From NCBI GenBank assembly GCA_963717935.1, contig CAVQXP010000004.1:726423-790422 (forward strand): 64,000 nucleotides of DNA. The letters are read 5' to 3'. A program made the position numbers and the translations under genes. The notes beneath the pieces were generated by a model. That model was not told where the DNA came from, did not search any database, and was given only the letters and a program-made list of their open reading frames with translations. Origin of the DNA: Candidatus Eiseniibacteriota bacterium. GTDB lineage: Bacteria > Eisenbacteria > RBG-16-71-46. The number at the start of each line of letters is the position of its first letter. The first letter of the stretch is position 1. Of the stretch, positions 42,824 through 55,683 are shown piece after piece.

Positions 42824-43792
42824 CTAGGGCGTGGGGAACACCTTGGTGGCGCCGACCCGGAAGCGGCGGTACGAGCCCGGGCTCGCGGACGTACTCCCAG
42901 TCGCCGTAGGTGAAGGCCAGCAACTCGCCCCGCGCGTTCACCGCCGAGACGCGCACCCGGTACTCGACCAGGTTCAGCAGGGTCCGCGCTGCATGAGCAC
43001 CTGCGCCCCCGGCTCGCCGAGCTTGTAGTCGGTGGCCGGCGCGGCCACGTAGCCGACGAAGAAGTTGCGCACATTGCTGAGGACGAACGGCGCCGGCTGC
43101 ACGCGCCAGCAGCTTGGCCTCGAGGTCGCCGCCCATGAACTGGTAGATCTGGATCCAGTAGCCCGCCGCCCCGGGCACCTCCTGCCAGGTCATGGTGATG
43201 TTCGAGTCGGGCGGCATCGTCGCGCCGGTGTAGGTGCAGCGTCGCGATGTCCGAGCTCATCGAGTTCGCCCACGTTGGTGAGCGGGGAGGTCGGTGTCAC
43301 CACTCCGGACGACGACGCCGCGGCCCACGTACGAGGGCGGGTTGAAGCCGGACGGCTGCGCGTCGCCGAAGGCGTAGATCTCCCAGTGCGAATCGAGGAA
43401 GCGGACCACGGGGCTCAGCACGTAGTCCTTGAGCTGCGCGTAGCCGCCGTTGGCTCTCGCGGCGCAGCACCTGGTAGCCGGTCGCCGGCGTGCCGTCCAG
43501 GATCATGCCGTGCAGCGTGCCCGGGGCGACGTAGACCTGTTCCGTGCTCGGCGAGGGTGTCCTCCGGGCCGGGTCCGTCAGGCAGGAAGTCCGTCGAAGG
43601 TCTCCACGGTGATGGGCACGTCGGGATAGACGATCAGACGGGCGTCCGCGCTGTACTGGCCTTCGGGCGCCGTGTAGCTGGCGTCGACGTTGGTGACCTT
43701 CTTGGCGCAGCCGGCCATCGCCAGCGCCACCAGGATGACGGTGGCGAGCGGGGCGACGCGGCGCAGCGGACTGCGGAGATCGTTCATCATGA
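42824..43792 (-). CDS. Lipoprotein (lipobox LAMAGC) with an FN3-like C-terminal region; at least 4 frame breaks
   Basis: MMNDLRSPLRRVAPLATVILVALAMAGCAKK. Segments NITMTWQEVPGAAGYWIQIYQFMGG and EYRVRVSAVNARGELLAFTYGDWEYV. Stop TAG at 42824. Confidence 0.45.
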
Positions 43793-43810
43793 GCCCTTTG
43801 AGCCTTTCGC

Positions 43811-44727
43811 TTACTCGGCCGAAATTCCCTTGCGGCGATCGAGCAGGATCCAGATGTCGAGCGCCAGGGCACTGGCCACGTAGACCGAGGAGTACGTTCC
43901 GAAGACCGACGCCGACCAGCATCGCGAACGAGAAGTCGCGAAGGACCTCGCCGCCCCAGATGAACAGACCGAGCGCCGCCAGGAAGACGGTGAGCGCGGT
44001 GATCACGGTGCGCGACAGGGTCTCGTTGACCGCGATGTCCATGGCCCGGGAGTGCTTCTCCTTGCGGAGGGCCTTGGACCGTTCGCGGATGCGGTCGAAC
44101 ACGACGATGGTGTCGTTGATGGAGTAGCCGGCGATGGTGAGCAGGGCGGCCACCACCGTCAGGGATATCTCACGCCCGGTGAAGCAGAGGAATCCCAGAA
44201 CGACGAGCACGTCGTGGAAGAGGGCTACCACGGCGCCGAAGGCGAATTTGAACTCATAACGGAAGCCCACGTAAAGCAGAATCCCGCCCAGGCTCCAGAG
44301 CACCGCCCAGATCGCCTTGTGGCGCAACTCGTTACCGACCTTCGGCCCGACCGTCTCCTGGCGGCGCAGCTCGGAGGTGACCCCGGGGAAACGGGTCGAG
44401 AGGGCCTGCTGGATGACGGGGAACGGTTCCTGGCTGTCACTCCTGAAGCGCAGCAGGAACTCGTTCCGGTTCTGCCCGGTCATCTGTTGCAGCTCCACTC
44501 CGCGGAAGCCCACGGCGTCGAGGGCCCGGCGCACCTCGTCGGCCGCCAGCACCCGGCTGGTGCGGATCTGGAGCACGGTGCCGCCCGTGAAGTCGACGCT
44601 GCAGGATGGGCCCACCGTGCACGACGAGCCAGACGACCGTCGCCACGACCAGCACGGAGGAGAGCAGGTAGGCGAAGCGCCGGTACTGCATGAAGGGGAT
44701 GTTGGTTCCGATCAGCACCTGAAGCAT
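43811..44727 (-). CDS. secF: Protein translocase subunit SecF, with two frame breaks
   Basis: MLQVLIGTNIPFMQYRRFAYLLSSVLVV at the N-terminus. ...SINDTIVVFDRIRE...FSFAMLVGV, then the true C-terminus ...GTYSSVYVASALALDIWILLDRRKGISAE with stop TAA at 43811-43813. Confidence 0.8.
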
Positions 44728-44749
44728 CGTCTCGTTCTCCTCGTGCCCG

Positions 44750-46326
<1,577 letters not shown>

Positions 46327-46868
46327 CGGATCCCTCAGGGCAGACAACGGCCGGCGCGCCGGGGCAGCCCCACGCTTGGTGCGGGTGCCCCCCGCGGCGC
46401 CGCCGGCAGGCGCAAGACGTTAGGAGCGTGCGAGTCTACGGGGCAGGGTTGGGAGTGTCAACGAATCCGCGACCCGGCTCCTGCCGCGCGTCGTCCCGGG
46501 AGATTCGCGGGTGACCCGGCACAGGCGTGCAGCAGGAGGGCGGACGCCGTCGAGGGACCCGGGACGGGGCCGGTTGGCGGCCGGCCCCTGGGTGAGTCGC
46601 ATTGTTTCCGGAAGGGTCGGGGTGAGGACTGGATGGCGGGATGGTGAGGTGGGTTCCCGGTCCGGAGGCACCGCGACCCAACGCAAGAGGCGTTCCACTC
46701 CGTGGTGGGCGGTCTGGCCGCGCCTTGCGGCCGGGGCCGGCCCGCCCGCGTGTCCACGGGCCGTCATCGTCGACCACGCCGTGACGCTGACGGGTACATG
46801 CGCGGCGTGTGATGCGCCGAAGGTCGTGGCCTCTCCGCCGCGGTGGCGGCAGTCTCCGGCACGGTTTC

Positions 46869-46897
46869 TTGACACCCCCGAAGGCCGTTCCTATAGT
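46869..46897 (+). promoter_or_regulatory. Consensus-like sigma70 promoter TTGACA-N17-TATAGT upstream of the outer-membrane beta-barrel gene
   Basis: TTGACA at 46869-46874 and TATAGT at 46892-46897. AAAAGGAG RBS before the ATG at 46964. Confidence 0.5.
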
Positions 46898-46963
46898 GTG
46901 CCGCTCGTCACACCGGGCCTCTCTCACACCATCCCTTTGCCCGGGAAAAGGAGCCTCCATCGC

Positions 46964-47711
46964 ATGATTCCACGCATTCGCTGGGTGAGCTTCGCCGTGC
47001 TGGCGCTGCTCACAATCGCCTCGGCATGCCCTGCGGCGGAGGGTGAACCGTCCTACAAGCCCGGCAAGGGTGGGGTCGGCGGTCAGTTCGGCGGCTCCTA
47101 CTTCGGCATCGATCGCATGTTCGGCGACGAGTGGCTCGGCGACTACTCGAGCGGCGCCATGCCGCGGGTCTCCTTCGCCGGCCAGTTCCGTTACGTCCAG
47201 AGCAAGCACTGGCGCTGGCAGTTCAGCCCCGGCTTCACCTGGACCGCCTACAAGACCGCCACGGCCATCCCGTTCACGGACCTGAACTACCCGGACGACG
47301 AGGTGAAGGACAGAATGCTCGTCCTGATGCTGCCGGCCACGGCGCAGATCCAGTACGTCGTGAAGCGGGGTCAGTGGTTCTATCACGCGGGTGCGGGGCC
47401 GGGTGCCTACCGGGTGTGGGTCGAGAACCGCCGCAAGGTCTACAGGGACCCCGAGACATTCCGGTCTGCACCGCGGCCTGTACCCGGGCGGGATCTTCGA
47501 GTTGGGCGCCGAGCGCTTCCTCAAGTCGATCACCACGACCAGCGTCGAGCTGACCTGGGCGAGCCACCTGGTCTTCGCGCAGCGCGACGAACAGTTCCCG
47601 AGCGGCTACAACAGCAACCTGATGGCGACGGAATTGCGGGTGGGGGTCAACTACTACTTCGACCCGCTGAGGCAGAAGAAGCAGGGCATCGAGATCCCCG
47701 AGGTCAAGTGA
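46964..47711 (+). CDS. Small outer-membrane beta-barrel-like protein, with one frame break near 47460-47480
   Basis: Signal peptide [22 protein letters not shown]-terminus ...[16 protein letters not shown]... with beta-barrel-like alternating residues. Confidence 0.5.
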
Positions 47712-47792
47712 GCCTGCCGGGAGTCGCGGCGCGCGATTCGCGCCACGGCTCCCGGGTTCGCCGGACGGCGCCGCGTCCCGAGGTCCACCGTC

Positions 47793-49290
<1,498 letters not shown>

Positions 49291-49327
49291 GAGCGATCGC
49301 GGGGCCCCGTTCCTCCCTGCTCCGCAC

Positions 49328-49362
49328 GGAAGCCCCGCGGGTCCTCGGCCCGCGGGGCTTCC
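49328..49362. terminator. Perfect 14-bp GC hairpin GGAAGCCCCGCGGG-tcctcgg-CCCGCGGGGCTTCC between convergent genes
   Basis: Lies between the guaB stop (49290) and the stop of the minus-strand gene at 49415. Confidence 0.45.
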
Positions 49363-49414
49363 ATCGTTCGCCGCGACTGGACGGAGGCGGCGTCTGGTCT
49401 CCCGATGACCCCGG

Positions 49415-50181
49415 CTACGGCTTCTTCGGCAGCTCGAAGTGGAAGTCGGGGTTCAGCTGCCGGATCTCGCCCACCAGGCGCTCGAGGCCTTCCACGGTCT
49501 CGGCGTCCGGCCGCGTCTTCCAGGCCGAGTACAGCTCGAGCAGTTCGTCCTGCTTGGTGCGCAGCAACTGCTGCATCGCGGCCTCGTTCGCCGTGCGCTC
49601 GAGGTGGTAGACCTCGCCCTGGGCCAGCCGCCTGGCCAGGTCCAGCGGCTCGCCGCGCATGTGCGAGAGGATCTTGAGGTAGCGGTCGAAGCCCACCGAC
49701 AGCTTCTCGAGCACCTCGGCCACGCCCGCGCTCTTGCGGTGCATCTGCTGGCTGTAGGTGTAGGCGAAGTGATAGTAGGTCTTGCCCCGCCCGACGTAGG
49801 CTTCCTCGCTGGGCTGAGCGTGCGCCCTGGGCTCACGGGAGGAGCCGGGTTGTCGAAGATGCCGGTCGAGACCAGCAGGAAGTCGGCGTTGGTCTTGTGG
49901 ATGACGTAGCGGATGCGCGCGTCGGACGAGTTGGCGAAGCGCCGGAACACGTCCACGTCGTAGCGCGACAGGAACTTCTTCGACTGCTCGGCGTACTCGG
50001 GGTTGATGAACGCGTGCAGCAGGTGGGCGAGGTAGACGTCCACGTCCTCGTCGTAGCAGTCCGGGTTCGAGACCAGGCCGGTCTCGATCCGGCTGTAGAG
50101 CAGGCAGTTGATGGCGAAGTGGTAGGTCGGCTGGAGATCGCGGCGGGTCTCCTTGAGCTGCACGTCGTGCCGAGGATCCAT
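49415..50181 (-). CDS. Hypothetical protein (about 255 aa), with one frame break near 49830
   Basis: Two long ORF segments in adjacent frames with non-repetitive composition, for example YHFAYTYSQQMHRKSAGVAEVLEKLSVGFDRYLKIL. No family recognised. Confidence 0.4.
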
Positions 50182-50660
50182 GCTGCGCTCCTCCCGGTTG
50201 CCGCGTCTGCTTCAACGCGGGCATCGACCCGCTTCCGACCATGTCTTCCAAGACGTGACTCCTGCATCCGCCATGCCACGGCGGGGTCCGCCGCCCCTGG
50301 GGTGCACCGGCTTGAAGCTGCGTCGCCGCGGTCGTCCGGAGGGTGGTCCGAAGCCTCCGTTCCCAGAGTGATTTGGCTCAGAAGGGCGCCCGGGATGGGG
50401 GTTCTGGCGCGAATCGCCCGGGACCCGGGAGGGGTGGTCGCACGGGCGTTCGCCCTGTCGCGGGCACGCCCCGGCGATGCAATCTTTGCGACTTCACTTG
50501 AAAGGAAATTGCCAGTCCGCGGCCCGGACGCCGCGCAACCGCAGGGAGATGGGCCGCAGCCCGCCCGGCGGCGGCGGCCTTGCATAGTGCAACGCGGTCG
50601 GCGCGGCGCCGGCGCCGCGGTGGGGCGCGGGAACCCGTCCGGAAGGGCCCGCGCCGGGGC

Positions 50661-52262
50661 ATGTCACTTGCGAGTCCCCGGGATGTGACCCAGCATCCTG
50701 CTTGGACTTCCATGCGCGGCCATCGAGTTCCTCCCGCCCCCGGCAACAGCGCTGCCACCGGCGTGGTCCATCCCGGCGCTGGACTCCGCCTGCGGCTGTG
50801 GCTCGGCTGTCTGCTGGGCGGTGTCGTTGGTGGGGGCGCGGTGGTCGGGCTGTTCGCGTGGCTCTCGCCTCCCGATCCGCTCTTCGATCCCCTGGCCCTC
50901 GGCCTCTGGCCCTGGAGCGCCGCCTTCCTCTGCCTTGCCCTCGCGGTGGGCCTGGGTCTCTGGCTCGACCATGGCATCGCCTCGCACCTGCGGGGCCTGA
51001 ACCGCGCGATCGCGGGCGGGGATCCGACCGGGCTGGGCGCGCTGCCGGCGGCCAGGGGCTGGGGCGAGCTCTCGCTTCTGACCTCGCAGCTCCAGAGCCA
51101 ACTCGCGCGCCAGCACGAGATGGGCCGCGCCGTGGCCGAGTTGGAGGAGTTGCGTCACCGCATCCGCGGCCTGCGCGTGGCGGTGGAGATGCGACCGGCG
51201 GGGCAGCGGGCGGAGCCCCTGCGGGCGCTCGAAGGGCCGCTCGGGCCGCTGATCGAGAGTCTCAACCGCCACTGGGCCCAGAAGGAGCGGGTCGAGGGCG
51301 AGGGCCGCGCGGACGCCCTCGGGCTGCGCCACGAGCTGACGCTGGCACTCGTGGACGCACGGGACTCGGCCGAACTGGCCGAGCGCGGCTTCGTCGAGGC
51401 GACCGCGCTGCTCACGACCGTGCGCGAGCTGCAGCGCCTGGGCGGCGAGCTCAGGCAGGAACTGTCGACGGCGCCCGAGGCGCCAGCCGCGCCGGCGCCC
51501 CCGCTCGCGGAGTCGCAGCACCGCTACCGTGAGGCGGCCGTGGCCGCGATCGAGGAGATCGTGTCGGCATCCAACGAGAGCGTCGAACGCCTGGCTGCCG
51601 GGCTCCTCCGGGTGCAGGAGATCGGCGGACCGGTGCAGGTGCTCGCCAACCGGGCGACGCTCATCGCCCTCCATGTCACGCTCTCGGAGCCGGGCGGTTC
51701 GGGCCCGCGGTCCGAGGGGTTGTCGCGCGACCTGCGGAGCCTGGCGGGCGAGGTGCGCGCCGTGACCGACCTGACGGCGGAGCGGTTCGCCGCCATCGAT
51801 CGTGAGGTCGAGGCGGCGGTGGAGCGCATGAAGGGACTGCGGGAGCGCGTCGCCGCGAGGCTGGACGAGGTGCCGCCGATGCCCGAGGCCGGCGCCTCCG
51901 CCCCGGGTGCCGCGCAGCCCGGCGAGGTGGCGCTGCGGTTGCTCGAGCGCGTGCGCGAGATGGTGCAGGATGCGGCAGCCAAGGGCGAGCGGCTCTCGGC
52001 GGCGGGGGAACGGGCCTCGCGCGCGGCCGAGCGTCTCGTGCGCCGGCTCGAGGAGGAGGCGGGCACGCTCGAAGGGCTGGCGACGCGCCTCGGCGCGACC
52101 GCAGAGGAATTGCGCAAAGGCGCGGCGGAGCCGGACGCGCGCCCCGCGTCATCCGCGGGCGAGGTGCGTCCAGGCGACCTGCGGCTGCTCGGACCGGACC
52201 ACGTGAAGCCCCGGGCGGAGGACCCCGAGCCGGGTGACGAGGATGCGGAGGAGCGGCGATGA
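50661..52262 (+). CDS. Membrane protein with coiled-coils and a degenerate MCP-like signalling segment
   Basis: Two transmembrane helices, then HAMP-like and coiled-coil regions. ANRATLIALHVTLSEPGG...LSRDLRSLAGEVRAVTDLTAE resembles the methyl-accepting-chemotaxis-protein signalling-domain core. Confidence 0.45.
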   Translation: MSLASPRDVTQHPAWTSMRGHRVPPAPGNSAATGVVHPGAGLRLRLWLGCLLGGVVGGGAVVGLFAWLSPPDPLFDPLALGLWPWSAAFLCLALAVGLGLWLDHGIASHLRGLNRAIAGGDPTGLGALPAARGWGELSLLTSQLQSQLARQHEMGRAVAELEELRHRIRGLRVAVEMRPAGQRAEPLRALEGPLGPLIESLNRHWAQKERVEGEGRADALGLRHELTLALVDARDSAELAERGFVEATALLTTVRELQRLGGELRQELSTAPEAPAAPAPPLAESQHRYREAAVAAIEEIVSASNESVERLAAGLLRVQEIGGPVQVLANRATLIALHVTLSEPGGSGPRSEGLSRDLRSLAGEVRAVTDLTAERFAAIDREVEAAVERMKGLRERVAARLDEVPPMPEAGASAPGAAQPGEVALRLLERVREMVQDAAAKGERLSAAGERASRAAERLVRRLEEEAGTLEGLATRLGATAEELRKGAAEPDARPASSAGEVRPGDLRLLGPDHVKPRAEDPEPGDEDAEERR

Positions 52263-53965
52263 ATCCGGCCGATGATCGCGGAGGCACCCGTGACCTCGCT
52301 CGCGACCTGGTCGGCGCGCTCGCGCCCGTCCTCTGCGACGTGGCCGAGGGGGACGCCGTCGGTGTCGCGTGCGAGGCCGCGCAATTCCTCGGCCTCGACG
52401 GTCTCGAGCGCCTGCTCGCGGCCTGCGCCCCGCACGCGGGGCACGCCTGGCCCGCCGAGTTGATGCCCGCGCTCGAGCGCCTGCGGCGCCTCGCCGCGAG
52501 CGCCGCCGAGACGGGCGCGCTCGGGATCTTCCGCGAGGCGGACCGCGAACTGGCGGGCCTGGCGGACGAGGTCTCGGCGTTGCAGTGGAGCCCTTCGTGG
52601 CGCGCGGGTTCGGACGACGCGCAGCCGGTCGCCACGCTGAGCGTCGCCGACACGCTGGACGAGCTGCCGCTCGCCGATGACTCCTCGCGCGAGCTTGCGC
52701 GCCGCTCGCGGCTCCTGCCGCCCGTGGCCGCGGCCCTGCGGGCGGCGCTCGACTGGCTCGCGAGCGATTCGGGCCGTCCCCTCGTGCTGCGCGCGGAGGA
52801 CTCGGTGCTCGAGGCGTCGTGCGAGCACGTCGACTTCGGCGCACTCACCCCGGCGACCGAGGTGCTTGCCGCGGTGGGTGCGAACCTCGGGCCCGGCCCG
52901 GGCCTGGCCGGCACCTGGACGGTCCGCGTGCCGCTTCACACCGGGCGCGGGGTCTACCTGATGCTCGTGCACGGCGGCGTGCCGGTCGCGATCCCCTGGC
53001 ATGCGGTGCTGCGTCTGCACATGAGCCGTGCGGCCGAGACCGCCGAGCGCGAGAACCTCGGCGGCTGGCCCGTGCTGAAGGGACCGCTCGGGGGCGGCTC
53101 GCAATCGACCGGCGACGTGCCGCTCGCGCTGGTCGCGCACGGGCGCAAGCGCGGCTGGCTCGTGGCCGACCGGCTGGTCTGGCGGTTGCACGCGGATCCC
53201 GTCGCGCCCACGGAACGCTCGCCCGCCGACGGACTCGTCACGATGGTCGAGACCGAGGAAGGCGAGCACTACTGGCTCGCCGAGCCCGGGTGGCTCCTGC
53301 GCTCGGTGGAGGCCCCGTCACTCGTGAAGCCCGCGCCCGCGCCGCAGCCCGAGTCGCAGCCCGCGCCGGAGTCCGCGTCCGAAGCGGAGCCGCCCGCGCC
53401 GCGCGAGGAGATCCCCGCGTCCCTCCCGGTGGCACCGGCACCGCCGGCTCCTGCACGACCCGCGGTCCATCTGTGGCTGTTGACGCCCGAAGACGTCGAG
53501 CGCATCGAGGCCGAGGACGTCGAACCGATCGCTTCGTCCAGCGGTCCTCCCGTCCCGGCGCACGTCCCCGACTCGGCGCCGCCGGACCGGCGGCCGATGC
53601 GCAGCGCCCTCGTGGCGGAGGACTCCATCACCGCGCGCATCTTTCTCGCGCGACTGCTGACGCGGCTGGGCTTCGACGTCAGCACGGTGGACACCGCGGC
53701 TGCGCTGCGCGCCGAGCTGGAGCGCCGCCCATGGTCGCTCGTCTGCGTGGACATCGAGTTGCCCGACGAGGCCGGCACGGCCTTCCTGGCGGGACTCGCC
53801 GCCCGCCATGGCGCCCGCACGCCCTTCGTCGCGCTGGTGCGCGACGCGGAGGACCGCGTGGCCGCGCGACGCGCCGGCATCGAGCGCATGCTGCGCAAGC
53901 CCTTCGATCACCAGGAAGTCGAGCAGGTCCTGGGCCGCCTCGGCCTCGTCCCCCGGAGGCCGTGA
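52259..53965 (+). CDS. CheW-like domain plus C-terminal response-regulator receiver (CheV-like hybrid)
   Basis: ATGA overlap with the upstream gene. CheW-like region GVYLMLVHGGVPVAIPWHAVLRL...LVADRLVWRLH. C-terminal REC domain ALVAEDSITARIFLARLLTRLGFDV...LVCVDIELPDEAG...RKPFD. Confidence 0.55.
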   Translation: MNPADDRGGTRDLARDLVGALAPVLCDVAEGDAVGVACEAAQFLGLDGLERLLAACAPHAGHAWPAELMPALERLRRLAASAAETGALGIFREADRELAGLADEVSALQWSPSWRAGSDDAQPVATLSVADTLDELPLADDSSRELARRSRLLPPVAAALRAALDWLASDSGRPLVLRAEDSVLEASCEHVDFGALTPATEVLAAVGANLGPGPGLAGTWTVRVPLHTGRGVYLMLVHGGVPVAIPWHAVLRLHMSRAAETAERENLGGWPVLKGPLGGGSQSTGDVPLALVAHGRKRGWLVADRLVWRLHADPVAPTERSPADGLVTMVETEEGEHYWLAEPGWLLRSVEAPSLVKPAPAPQPESQPAPESASEAEPPAPREEIPASLPVAPAPPAPARPAVHLWLLTPEDVERIEAEDVEPIASSSGPPVPAHVPDSAPPDRRPMRSALVAEDSITARIFLARLLTRLGFDVSTVDTAAALRAELERRPWSLVCVDIELPDEAGTAFLAGLAARHGARTPFVALVRDAEDRVAARRAGIERMLRKPFDHQEVEQVLGRLGLVPRRP

Positions 53966-55455
53966 TGAGCACCGGCCAGACGACCACATCCGGATCGGGG
54001 ACGGCGCCCTGCATCCTGCTGGTGGACGACGACCGTCGCATCCTCGAGTTGCTGGAGATCGCCTTCACCGCCCACGGCTTTCGGGTGCTCACCGCACCGG
54101 ATGGCGACGCCGCCATGAAGTGCGCGCTGACCGAGCATCCCGACCTTGTCGTGCTCGATGTGCGCCTGCCCAAGAAGAGCGGGCTCGAGGTCTGCGAGTG
54201 GCTGCGCCGGGATCCCGACGACCCGGGCGTGCCGGTCGTCATGGTCTCCGCCGTCGTGGACATGGAGACCCGGCTGCAGGCGTTCACGCGCGGCGCCGAC
54301 GACTACCTGACCAAGCCGTTCTCCCCGAAGGAGCTGATCGCGCGGGTCAAGCGCCTGCTGGCGCGCTCGGTCGAGGCGCGCGAGGCCTGCGCGCGCCGGC
54401 ACGAGCTCGAGCGCGAGCTGGTGCACGCGCGCAAGGTGGCCGAGCGCTCCCACGCCGCGACCCAGCGCGAGCAGCGCCTGCGCGACTTCGAGCTCGGCCC
54501 GGGTCTCGACCTGCTGGGCGCGGGCGACGAGGACGAGCTGGCCCGCCGGTTGCTGCCCCTGCTTCGCTCCCGGCTGGGCTCGGCCATGGTGGGGCTGCTG
54601 CTGCCCGAGAGCGACGGTGGGGCGCTGATGCCCGCGGCGGTGCGCGGCGATGGACCGGAGCGTCTCGCGAGGCTGGCGCTGCCGCAGACGGGCGCGCTGG
54701 CCGTGTTGCTCGCGGGGCTCGAGCGGCCCGTCCTGCGGCGCGACCTGGAGCGCTTTCCCGATCTGGCCACGGAGGTGGCGCCGTTCGTGGCCGAGGGCGT
54801 GGCGCTGCTCGTGCCGCTGCGCGGCCCCGGCGGACTCGAAGGGCTGCTGGTGCTGGACGAGCGCCGCGACGGACTCCCGTTCCCGCCGTCCGAACTCGAG
54901 GCCCTGGCGAGCCTCGCGCGTTTCGCGGGCGTGGCGCTGCACGAGGTGCGGCGCGTGCGCTCGCTCGCGGAGCGGGCACTCATGGAGCTCGCGCGGCGCG
55001 AGGCTTCGGATGATGACGGCCGCCGTGCGCGTAGCGAGGCGGGTTTCCTGGTGGAGCACGCGGCTCAGGCGGCGCTGGTGCCGCCGCGTCAGCGACGGCT
55101 GCTGGCGCACGCCATCCGGCTCGGACGGGATGCGGCGACGGGCGGCGGGGCGGAGGCGCTCGCGCGGCTGGCCGCGGACGACCCGACCGGGCTCGCGCGC
55201 GACCTCGTGGCGCTCTTCGCGCGGGTGGACGCGGTGGCCGGAGATGGAGACGGTGATCCCGCGACCGGGGACGGGCGAGTGGCCGTGCTGCTCGCGGTGG
55301 CGCTGTCGCACGCCGAGGAACGCGAGCGCGGCGCGGACACGCGATCCGCGCTGTCGCGGGCGCTCGCGGCGGCGGGCGGGCGGCTCGACCCGGTCACGTG
55401 CCAGGCGCTCGAAGCCGCCACGCACGAGCTGGCGCTGGTGATCGAGGCGGCGTAG
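53965..55455 (+). CDS. Response regulator (REC) with a C-terminal GAF-like domain
   Basis: ILLVDDDRRILELLEIAFTAHGFRVLTAPDGDAAMK...DLVVLDVRLPKKSGLEV...DDYLTKPFSPKELIARV. Then an approximately 300-aa GAF-like region. Confidence 0.65.
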   Translation: MSTGQTTTSGSGTAPCILLVDDDRRILELLEIAFTAHGFRVLTAPDGDAAMKCALTEHPDLVVLDVRLPKKSGLEVCEWLRRDPDDPGVPVVMVSAVVDMETRLQAFTRGADDYLTKPFSPKELIARVKRLLARSVEAREACARRHELERELVHARKVAERSHAATQREQRLRDFELGPGLDLLGAGDEDELARRLLPLLRSRLGSAMVGLLLPESDGGALMPAAVRGDGPERLARLALPQTGALAVLLAGLERPVLRRDLERFPDLATEVAPFVAEGVALLVPLRGPGGLEGLLVLDERRDGLPFPPSELEALASLARFAGVALHEVRRVRSLAERALMELARREASDDDGRRARSEAGFLVEHAAQAALVPPRQRRLLAHAIRLGRDAATGGGAEALARLAADDPTGLARDLVALFARVDAVAGDGDGDPATGDGRVAVLLAVALSHAEERERGADTRSALSRALAAAGGRLDPVTCQALEAATHELALVIEAA

Positions 55456-55683
55456 CGCGCGTCTGCCGCCCCCCAACGCCGCTGCCCGCCCGGCGCGAAA
55501 GCCGTCGGCACCCGCCGAGCACGGACGCAGGCCGCAGGGCCCCGGTCTTCGGGCGGGAAGCCGGGTCGATCACCTCGCCGCGGAGGTTGGCCGGGCCCCA
55601 GCCGCCGGTGAGCACGCGGCCTGGTCGTGAGGTCCTCGACCCCGGGCGAGCGGGAGGCGCCAGAGTCGAGTGTGCACGTCGCG

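Noticed and set aside
46420-47536. Minus-strand ORFs of 151 and 366 aa upstream of secD
   Set aside because: They are Arg/Pro/Gly-rich and antisense to the outer-membrane-protein gene. They have no motifs.
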